The notes beneath the pieces were generated by a model that was not told where the DNA came from, searched no databases, and saw only the letters and a program-made list of their open reading frames with translations. Shown here in pieces: positions 53,761 to 64,000 of a DNA stretch of 64,000 nt. Position 1 is the first letter of the stretch, and the number at the start of each line of letters is the position of its first letter. Made by a program: the position numbers and the translations under genes. The stretch is from Takakia lepidozioides (taxonomy: Eukaryota > Plantae > Bryophyta): the NCBI GenBank assembly GCA_030704615.1, contig CM060734.1, positions 51,894,001-51,958,000 of the forward strand, written 5' to 3'.

Positions 53761-54672
53761 GTCCAAGCCGGCCTGGGTTTTGGAAAAAGTACAAGCAAAT
53801 TCCTTGTACAGAGGGAGAGGGAGAGAGGGAGAGAGAGGGAGAGATGAGGGGAAAAAAAAAAAAAAAAAAAGTGGGGCTGGGGGGGGAGTGACTGAGCAGC
53901 TGCTCCCTCTCTCTCCCTCTCTTTCCACATCGTGATGGGACAGAGGGAGAGAGGGAGAGAGAGGGACTGTTGAGGGGGGGGCAGCTGCTCCAGTCACTTC
54001 CCCACCCCCCCACCATTTTTTTTTTTCCCCCCCTCAACAGTCCCTCTCTCTCCACATCCTGATGGGACAGAGGGAGACAGAGGGACAGAGGGACAGAGAG
54101 GGAGAGATGAGGGAAAACAGGGAGAGTGGGAGAGAGTGGGAGAGATGAGGGAAGAAAAATAAAAAAGAAGGTTGGGGGGGGGGGGAGTGACTCAGCAGTT
54201 GCTGCTGCTCAGTCACTTCCCCCCCCCACCTTTTCGTTTTTTGTTTGTGGAATGGTGGGGGGTGCTGAAAGCAGCTTGCTGCTGCTTAGCCCCCCCGACC
54301 TTTCATTTTTGGTTTTGGCAATGGTGGGGGGCGCTGAGAGCTGCAGCAGCAAGTACTTGCTGCTGCTGCTCTCAGTCCCCTCCCACCTTTTTCTTTTCTT
54401 TTTTGGAATGGTGGGGGGCTGACAGCAACAAGAAGCGTTGGTGCTCTCAGCACCCACCTCTCACCCCCCCCTCCCCCCCCCCCCCCCCCCCCCCCCCCCC
54501 CTTCTTTTATTTTTTGCTTATCAGCAGAGAGAGAAAGGGGGAGACAAAGATATAGAGACATAAAGATAGAGGGAGAGGAAGAGAGGGGAAGGGGGAGGGT
54601 CAGGCCTTGTTGGTTTTTGGCATGTGAAATCACACAATAGTAGTGTTGTGGGCGCAGGGATAAGCTGGTAGT

Positions 54673-55620
54673 ATGGCGAAGGACAAGGAGAAGGGGCCGC
54701 CGAAGGACAAGGAGAAGGCGCCGCCGAAGGAGCAGAAATCGCCTGCCGCTAAGGTAGGGAAGCTTGACAACGCTCCCGTCATTGACGGCCGTGTGACACA
54801 GTCCACTTGGTCCAAACTCACCAGCCCTATAGGCGGCTATGTGAGAGGACCAAGCCGTAAGGCCGTCGAGGCCTCCACGCCCTTGAAGGTTGAGGCTGGG
54901 GATGAGCCTCCACTTGAGGGTGGTGCACCCAATGTTGGGACGCCACCCCACGGGCTGATGGAGGGCCCTGACTTTTACGCGGGGAAGCGCATTCTTAGAT
55001 CTGCTGCCAGGTAGGGCAACTTGATCTTAGCCCCACCACCAATGCCTTTTCCCCTTCTTCTGCAGCCAAGAGGGCTTATAAGGGGGGGCCTCAGAAGGGG
55101 TGGGTCCTCCTCACCTTGGGTAGAAGAGGGAGGCTTCAAAGGAGGCCGCAATGAGGTGGAAGGAGGAGGAAAGGGAGAGGGAGGAAGACAAGAAGAGGGA
55201 AGAGGGAAATAAGGGGGCACGGGAAAGGGAGGGGGAAGAGGAGAGGGTGACACTGGCTATGGAGGGCCCCTTGCGAAGTCCATCGCCTGAACGGTCAATG
55301 AAGAAGACCTTGGACTTTGGGGCGCCGCCTGCGAGCCTATTGGGTGCATGGGATAGGCGTCCACCCTTATTCCGAGAGGGCGTTATGGGGGGTGCACCAC
55401 AAACGGGGACCGAGGGCAACATTGAGGTCATGGACGCAAATGTGAGCCTATTTCCTTCACCTTTTTTTCTTTCCTTTGCCTTTCATTTTGTTTCTGGTTT
55501 GTTCTAATTTTGTGGGTTTTGTGTTCAGGAGCTTGGCGCATTCGTGGCTAAGCTTGTGGCAAGCAGTGGGATTGCCACCGACAAAGCAGGGACAGTGGTG
55601 GTGCCTACCCGTGGGGACGG
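54673..55620 (+). pseudogene. K/E/P-rich ORF pieces, possibly the N-terminal part of a CACTA TnpA-like gene
   Basis: Low-complexity ORF with plausible splice sites, preceded by G/C-run subrepeats (53790-54520); assignment is from context only. Confidence 0.3.
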
Positions 55621-55639
55621 TAAGAGGAAGAGGAAGATA

Positions 55640-57140
55640 TTCATGTCATGTCAAGACATGGACAAGACCAACTAGGGTCATTGTCAATTAAAGACATAAA
55701 CAGCCCCATGACATGGCACCATCTACCATTTCCAGTCTTGTCTTAACACACCAAGTGACGCCACCCATTCAGTCATGATAAAATAGGGTGGGAGGGCGGG
55801 GTATGTTCATAATCAGATTCCTGTCATGTACCCAAGTAAACCTTATGCACAATATAAGTCAGATTGCAGCCTCAGATTACATCATCCATAGTTATCCATA
55901 AGATATGCACCATAAAATATATCATAGGCATATAAGAGTATCTTGCCATATTACAGATCCAAGATATGCACACACAAGTACCTTGAGGTGATCCAAGACA
56001 AGCATTATGCAAAGTAGGTAAGAATAGTCTGCCTTGCAACACATTCAGTGAGTGTTCACACCGGCAGCAGGAAGGACCAACCTGCAATTAATTACACTTC
56101 AGGCCTGCCACCAAGTACACTTCTTGGGCAAGGTAAGCCATATTATAGCTTCACATTTGGCCAAATGTAAGAACCCCAAAGCATGCATCTTGCAAAGCCT
56201 TATGGGTATGTAAGAACAGTCTGTCATTGTATATATTCAGGACCTGTGCACATAGGACTCTTGCATGGAAGAAATGTCTGTCCTGTCACAACATCCAAAT
56301 CTGGACACACATACACTTTGAGTGTCCAAGACCAGGCCCACTTGGCCAAGATAAATCAAACAATGCAGGTGGCTGTTCAAATGGCAAAATAGAGTAAATA
56401 ATCATTGGCCAGAGTCCTTTAGAGCTTACCGTCACTATATCACAGGAGGCTAATGCCATGTTTTGCAAATAGAACCTCACTATGCTCCATTCCACAACAA
56501 AACCAGGTCTGAAAACAGCCTGTCACTGCCTTATCATGCTGTATTCTTTAACAAAACTCAGGGCTCCTCATCCTTATAGCAAAACAACCATTTATGACTT
56601 GTCCCTTACACCATCAATCCTCTTTTAAGGCCAAAAAGAAGGGGAGCCAAGTCTAAAAATCCACAGGCAAAGCTGTCAAAGACTCAAGACTTGGTAGGAT
56701 TCATATGCACTGCTGCATGAGACAAGGCTGCCAGGCCAAAGTGTTGCATCAGCAGCAACAAAAGATAAGTCAAAAGCAAGATCGCCAAAAACACCTTGAG
56801 CGATTGGGGAAGGTAACATTGCGCCATCGCCACCAACACGCCACCTCCAGCACAGCTAAGGAGAAGCAAATCATACAAATGCTATGTCTAAGAAGGGAGA
56901 GGGAGCGATATACTTCCCCACCAAAGTGCCGCTGCGAAACATAAAAGCCAGAGGAGGGAAAGGGATGATGCCATCACAGCAGGTTCTCCCGCCTGTGAGA
57001 AGAGACAAGACGCCGCCATTGCGCATCCCCAGGAGCTCGTCCGGCATGAAGCAGCAGACAGGGTAGCAGCAGGGCTCAGACGCCATAACTCGCGAGCTCA
57101 GCAGCACGAGAAATGCAGCTGACAGCGGGAGAGACACCCT
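55640..57140 (-). mobile_element. Degenerate LINE-like remnant
   Basis: Shares sequence with 52070-52270; highly decayed ORF fragments. Confidence 0.4.
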
Positions 57141-57649
57141 AGGGCAAAGCCCGATTTTTCATCTGTAGGATGAATAATCAATACCCTTTCTCTTAAGAAC
57201 CCGACGGATGTCATCCGTTAGCTAGGTTTATAGGGTAGGAGTTAGGGTTTCACTCCTTAATTAGCAATAATTAAGGGTAATTAGAAAAATCTCCATGGCC
57301 ATCATAAGCTGTTTTTTTCATCCGGTCCAGATGAAAAAAATAAATAGGTTCATTTGTTTGGATGTGGTCCATCAGCAGGATGCTAATTAGTATCCATCAT
57401 CCAGGGCAGCGGTTTTTCATCCTAACAGGTAATTTGTCATCCCTTAAGAGAAAGCCTCATCTAGTACGGAAAAAAAGCGTAAAAGGGGAAATAAAACGAA
57501 TTCTGATCCTGGTATTTTTCATTCGGCATGGATGGAAAAATTATAGATAGGATGCCAGTGTCATAACCTTTATGGAGGTAATTCCTCATTCTCTGGTGAC
57601 CCATCTGATATAGATGAAAGTCAATAAAAGAGGAATGAAAAATTATAAG

Positions 57650-59601
57650 TCCTTTTTAAAGGTACTTTAGTGTCCACCCAGGTGATTCTTCCGGTATGGA
57701 TAGAAGACCTTTACAAGTCGGGTGAAAACACCTTTTAGAGTCCATCTGGTATAGATGGAAAATCATGAAAAGAACACTGATGCAACCGGCCAGTTCCGAG
57801 GAGGGAGACAGAGGGACAGAGGGGGGACCCACCAACCAGCCCCTGATATGGCAGTCCCTTATGGAGTGAGTGTGGTATGCACTCACCACTACAAAGGTTT
57901 CTCCCACTACAAAAGTAGTTCCAAATCCCTGGACAGGATTGCCAAAAGGGGTTGGAAATCCTACTTCCTCCCCATACCATACATATCAGCCACATGAATA
58001 AAAGAGGACCTGTATTCTTTTTCCAAAGAATAGTAGTTGTATGTCACTCAAACTGAAAGCATGGATAATCAAAACAGTGACAAATCCTCTTTAAACCTTG
58101 GAATGATATATCGATGATTGTACCACATTGCCATGAGTAGCTAATTAACTACTATGGTTGTGGACAACAGTCTGCATAAATCCAGAAGAGTACTCATGAA
58201 TGTGCATACAGGTAAATGAAGAGAGCATACCCAATCAGACATCCTTCCAAGACCCGAAATCCCGTTTGCGGATCGGGGAGAAATCCTCCATACCCCTCCG
58301 GGTCCTGTATGATTCTTGACTGGCAATGTTGATGGTGGAAGTGGAATTAGACCCAGATCCGCCAGGTGTAGAACGGTTGGGTGGTCTGGTATTTTCAGAT
58401 GTGTTGGTAGAAGATTGCATCTGGCCAGAGTGTCCACCCCTTTGGTAGAGGCCTCTTCCTCGTACCGGGGTGCCTCTTCCTCGGGGAGCGTATGTTTTTC
58501 CTTTTTGGTGAGGTGTCTGTCCCTCCACACGCTGCCGCTTGTAGTTATTAAATTGCGGCTTGGGCTGGCTGTCCGTGAAGTACCAAGTTTCAGCATCCTT
58601 TCAATGTACCTGGCTGTCTTGGAATCACCCAATCTGACAAGTAACTTAGCATTGGGGTCAACTGCAAATTCACAAGCTGCCTCCATGATGAATTCCCGTA
58701 TCATCTGGAAAGTGATTTGTGCCAGAACGGCAGATCTGGCGGCCTTCATGATCCATACCAGAAAATTGTAATACTTGGTTTGAATAGAAGGGTATGTATC
58801 ATCAGGGAAGAACACCGTCAGGTTATTCAACATGTACCATACCAAATGGTCAAACCAAGAAACACTTCCAACACAACCAGATGATACATTCCTAGACCCA
58901 CAATTACATCAAATGTAAGGCCTATGCCAGTTAAACAGCTGACTTTTGTGATTCTTAGATCTGGCTGAACCAGTAGGTAAGTCATTCTTGGTTCGCAAGG
59001 TCAAGTTCTCACCTTGGTCACAAAGTTTATAGTAAAAGGTCCGTAGAAGCCATGCAAGGGCAATTGGCTCTTTTTTGAACCTTTGGAAGCTGTCTTTGGC
59101 ATCCTGTGCACATCGGTTTCGTTCGGTTGGTGTTATGTTGCCCCATTTGACCCACATATCAACCGAAATAGGGGCCAACAGATTGATGTTGGCCAATGGA
59201 TGCCACATCATATGGTCATTATTGGCAACCTCAAGCTCAACTGCCCTAGGGGGTAACCAGGGGACGAATTGCTGGTTACCTGGTGTAGCCCCTGCAACCC
59301 AATCCTGTTCCACTTGAGAAAGCACGACCTGATCAAAAAAGTCTTTTACAGCCTCCTTCTCTTCATCCGGTACGTCCATAAAACCCAAAATTGGGTGATT
59401 GCTCACTGTGGGTACAAATTCCTTTTCAATAGTGGTCGAGGACTTCTGGGTGGACATAGGTAAGGCATCGTCATTGTTAGCCAACTGAAGGGCATCCTCA
59501 ATCGAGGAGCCTTTCTTTTCCCAAGTTCCCTTGGCATATCGATTGGCCACGCCAATCACATCACCATAGGCGAGCATTCGTGCAAGCACTTGAGGGCACA
59601 T
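57650..59601 (-). pseudogene. Unidentified TE-associated long ORF (58909-59601 reads through one stop into 58141-58845)
   Basis: Two adjacent ~230-aa ORFs in the same frame; no motif recognised. Confidence 0.4.
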
Positions 59602-61306
59602 TTCCGGGTGAGTGGAATGAGGGGAAGCTCTTGGAGCTGGTGGGAAAGAACCTCAAGGACAAGAGGTACCGTGCGCGACAAACCATTCGCAAGGCACTCA
59701 AGGCGGGGGTCAAACCAACGACCATGCCACATGGAATAACCAAGGTAAGACGCACTTCAGTTGTCATTGGTGTCTTTGAATGCATGTTCATTGCGGTATG
59801 GAGTTCATTAACATTTATAGTGTCTTTGTTGGGGCTGGACAGGAATCTTGGGAGGCTCTCATCACAGGGGAGAGGGAAGAGCTGAAGGTGGAGATCTTCG
59901 CAAGGGGACGTGCGGCAACTGCAGCCCGCCTCGAGAAGTGTGCGGAATCACACAAGTGGGGCCCCGGCGGAAGCAAGAGTTTTGTCACCCGATTCGTAAG
60001 TGTTCTTTCTCTTGTCATACCCATTCTTCTTTTTTAGCTTCTCCCTTCCATTATGAATTCGGACCTGTCATTGCATTTGTATGTCATGTGCAGAAAAAGA
60101 AGTTTGAGAGGCCTCCCTCCGCCATCGAGCACAACTTTTGCAAGACTCAGGGGTGGAAGGCCCTTGTAGCCTCAATGGCCAAGACGCCACAATTGACGGA
60201 GGATAGTGCATCTGTAGGGGTGGGGATGGGTAGTTTAGTGGCTCGGCCAGATGGGGGCGAAACCAATTTTCATGCTTTATGGCGTTTTGAGGCTCATTCA
60301 TTTGTATTTTGTCTTTTAGCTTCATTCCCATGTTTTCAATGACTGAAATCATGTTTTGAGCAGTAGTAGGGGGTGGTTCGAATGATGATGTAATCTCGGA
60401 CTCGGCTTCATTATCCTCCAAATTGGAGGCCCAACGTAGCTTGCATTCCTCGGACGAGTACACCTATGACTCAGGTGATGAGGAGTGAGGGATGGTTCCC
60501 AGTTAGAGACATGTAAAGGTAGTACTCGCTTTATGTATATATTTCTTCAGTTACCATTTCGATCCTCATTCTAACCTTAATGGACATGTGGATTCTAATC
60601 TAACCTATAGATTAGAATGCATGCATTTCATGCAAGCACGAGGCACACCCCATCCCCCAAGAAACCCCACCCCCAAAAAAAAAAAAAAAACGAAAAAAGA
60701 CCCCAAAACCCCACCCCAAATACCAGCTGGCTACCCTCCCACCCAGCGACGCCATTGCGATTCCCCGCCGTCGCAACATGACCCGCCAACGTGGAGCTAG
60801 CGACGCCACGAAGAGGCTGCGTCGTTGTTGCGACTCCAAGGAGTCGCACACGAACGTGCCCTCCCATGGAGCTAGCGACGGCCCCCGGGGGCTGCGACGT
60901 CCCTGCAATTCCCGGGCGTCGCTACATAACCTCCTTACCCATGGGGGTCTAGCGACGCCCCCAAATGCCGGCGACGTCATGGCGATTCCCGGGTGTTGCC
61001 AGGCTGCGACGTTTTGGCTACGCCACCGCGTGGCTTATTCTGGGAATGGGCGACGTCCTTGCGACGGCCCCATGACGCAGGGGAAGGGATGGACCCCCCT
61101 CCCTACCCTTTGTTGCGACTCCTGGGAGTCGCCTTATTGTGACGCCCCGGAGGGGTGGCGTCTTTTGGCCGTCGTTGGTCGTGGCTAGGTGGACTCGGGG
61201 GATTAGCGATTCCCTGAGGTCGCTAATCTGCGACGTTGCAGGAGCGACATGGCGGCGACTTCCCGACGTCGCAATTTGTCCCTAGCGCGCCCCGGGTGCT
61301 GTAGTG
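59590..61306 (+). mobile_element. 3' part of a CACTA element: spliced TnpA-like exons, GCGAC subterminal repeats, TIR
   Basis: Exons ending TGA near 60488, dense GCGACG/CGTCGC repeats 60745-61290, terminus ..GTGCTGTAGTG (reverse complement CACTACAGCAC) at 61306. Confidence 0.7.
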
Positions 61307-61380
61307 TATTTTCGTCGTTAGGCGCGGCGTTTGGAAGATCAAGGCATTGCTAAACCCCCCCCCCCCCAAACGTAGTAGTG

Positions 61381-63075
61381 ACCGGAGGAGAGAGACGGAG
61401 GATCCAGCGATTTCTAAGGGCTTATAGAAATTGCTTTGCCTTTGGTTTGAAGGATCTGGGGAGTTTGAAGGGTCAGGAGATTCGTATTGATTTGGCAAGT
61501 GACACGCCAATCTTTCGAAGGCCCTACCGGTATAGTGACATGGAGAGGTCATTGATCCAGTCATGGACTATGGAGTTGTTCGAAGCTGGATTGGTGGAGT
61601 TGTCAGGCGGGGAGTATGCCTCGGCAACAGTGATGCCAGCAAAGAATGATATCTATGGCAATTGGACAGAAAGAAGGATGTGTGGGGACTATCGTCCTGT
61701 GAACCGTCAGTCTAAGTCCGATAGATATGCCATGCCAACTCTAGATGAGATCTTTGATGCCATTGGGCATGCAAAGGTGTTTAGTACATTGGACTTGCGA
61801 TCCGGTTACCACTAGTTGCCAATCAAAGAGGCTGACAAGCAAAAGACGACATTCTGGGGGATTGACCAACATGGGAAGGATTGCTTGTACCAATGGCGGT
61901 TCCTACTGTTTGGGTTGAAGAATGCTCCTGCAGAGTTTCAGAGGGTCATGGATAGGATTTTTGTGGGGCTAGACTTCGCCCGGTGCTACATTGATGACAT
62001 CATCATCTTTAGTGCTACGATTGAGGAGCACGAGAGACACCTTCAGATGGTGTTTGAGCGCTTGAGAGCGCACGGGTTGAAACTGCACCCCGAAAAGTGC
62101 AAGTTCTTCCACAATCAGATTGAGTATCTGGGCCACATGATATACCCTGGAGGATTGGGTGTTCAACAGACAAAGGTGGAGGCCATTGCATGCATTTCAC
62201 GCCCCATGGATGTGAGCAAAGTTCGTGCTTTCATGGGATTGGCAAACTACTATCGATGGTTTGTCAAGGGATTTAGCAGCATTGCAAAGGCTCTTACCAA
62301 GTTGACCAAGGTGGGTCAGGAGTGGCAATGGGAGGAGGAGCAGGAGGAAGCCTTTGAGGAACTCAAGGCTCAATTGACTTCTGCACCTATTCTGAGGCGG
62401 CCTATTCGGGGGCGGCCTTTCCAGCTACATACGGATTGGAGTATGTTGGGGATTGGAGGAGTGCTCACACATGTGGATGATGAGAGAAGAGAGTTCGTAG
62501 TGGCATATGCTAGCCGCTTGAACAATGATGCCGAGGCGAAGTATAGTTCATATGAAGGGGAGTGTCTGGCTGCAGTATGGGTAGTGGCATATTTTAGATG
62601 CTACCTCTATGGCAATCTCTTCACTCTTGTCACGGATCACCAACCATTGAAGTGGTTGATGGAGTCAGACAAGCTTACATGGAAGCTTGCACAGTGGGCA
62701 CTTATGCTTCAAGAGTACGACTTCTAGGTGGTGCATCGAGCCGAAATAGTCAACCGGGATGCGGATGGATTGAGTCGCAATCCATGCACAAGTGAGCTTG
62801 ATGATACAGGAGCTCGTTGGCATGGTGAGATGGACGAGGAGATGGTGCCAGGATGGCATGCATCTGCCTTTTTGTGCATCCTAGCAATGGGAGCTCAAGC
62901 TGGTCCATCCCATGCAATAGGTCATGTAGATAGCGTGCATGACGATCCAAAGACTAGTGAGGAATTTGGTGGTGCTAAGGATGTGCATGAAGATGCAGCA
63001 GTGTTGGCATACCTTCGTACCGGAGAGACAACAACCAGTGTGACTGCTAAGGAGAGAGATCGGGTCCTACAACGA
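61381..63075 (+). pseudogene. RT-RNase H of the DNMT-Gypsy family (copy 3 fragment)
   Basis: LDLRSGYH*, FGLKNAP, YIDD, FQLHTDWS, YEGECLA, TDHQPLKW; both flanks match copy 1 pieces; two in-frame TAG stops. Confidence 0.93.
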
Positions 63076-63215
63076 GTAGTTGAGCCTCCATGAGCCTCTC
63101 TCACCTCCATAGCTCTAGGTATTGAGAGGGAGTGTGGTGAGGGCTTTGTAGGGTGGATTCCCTTAGCAAGGGTGCCCTTGGTGGACAACGATGTATGTTG
63201 TGGCACGATGCTTAG

Positions 63216-64000
63216 GTGCACGACAAGGTTGACCCTAAGGACGCTTCATACCCAGACATACTTCAAGACTGTCTTACTTCTATTCCCCTTAAGCTTAAAC
63301 CAGAGGACACTACCACACTTCGGGAAGACCTCTCCCCGCAAGAGCTCGAAGATGCTCTTAAGGCCATGAACAAGAACAAGGGCCTGGGCTTGATGGCATG
63401 CCAGTAGAATTCTACAAGACCCTTTGGACTACCATCTCCAAAGATTTCTCTGATATGGCAAACGCCATCAAGGCCCAACGATTCATGCCGGAATCAATGA
63501 ACCAGGGGGTTATAGCTTTGCCTTACAAGAAAGGAGATAGGGCATGTCTTGGCAACTACAGGCTCATTACCTTACTCAATGTAGCCTACAAGATCATTGC
63601 TAAAACCCTGGCTCTTCGTATCCAGCCTCTTCTCCCTTCTTTGATAAGACCAGGGCAAGCGGACTACATCAAGGGTAGGTACATCCTAGATAATGTTCTT
63701 CTGGCTCAGGAAGCCAACTCCTACGCTGCCAACACAGGTCAAGGTTGACCCTTTGGCTCTTAGACTTCGAAAAGGCCTTTGACAGGGTAGACTGGTCTTT
63801 CTTGATGGCAGTTCTCAAAAAGACAGGCCTTCCACCCTTCTTTTGTCAATGGGTTCAGATCCTATTACAAGGGGCCAGTAGCAGGGTCATAGTCAACGGA
63901 CACCTTACCAAACCCTTTCCTCTTCAAAGGTCGGTAAGGCAAGGATGCCCGCTGGCTCCATTCCTGTTCCTTTTTGTGGCAGATGCTCTAGGATACATGT
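63216..64000 (+). pseudogene. L1-type LINE reverse transcriptase fragment
   Basis: PGLDGMPVEFYK, NYRLITLLNVAYKIIAK, LDFEKAFDRVDW, VRQGCPLAP. Confidence 0.93.

Overview
Eukaryotic nuclear DNA from a land plant, probably a non-seed plant (bryophyte/lycophyte-like; inferred, not proven). A gene-rich core (MOB1, CP12, an acyl-CoA-binding-domain gene, an FYRN/FYRC gene, plus the 3' end of a CYP85-clan P450 at the left edge) is flanked by nested transposon clusters, with a 500-N gap at 43166-43665. The main system is a Ty3/Gypsy-type retroelement family, seen as four pieces, whose polyprotein reads Gag(2 zinc knuckles)-protease-DNMT3-like C5 DNA methyltransferase-RT-RNaseH-(integrase)-PHD finger. 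The copy with both ends intact (4344-13181) has TG...CA ends and a 4-bp TSD but no LTRs, and a relative ends in B1-A2-B2, pointing to split direct repeats. Also notable: a decayed SET-domain ORF inside a CACTA transposase gene, and a 355-bp TRIM whose LTRs contain a tRNA-like cloverleaf.
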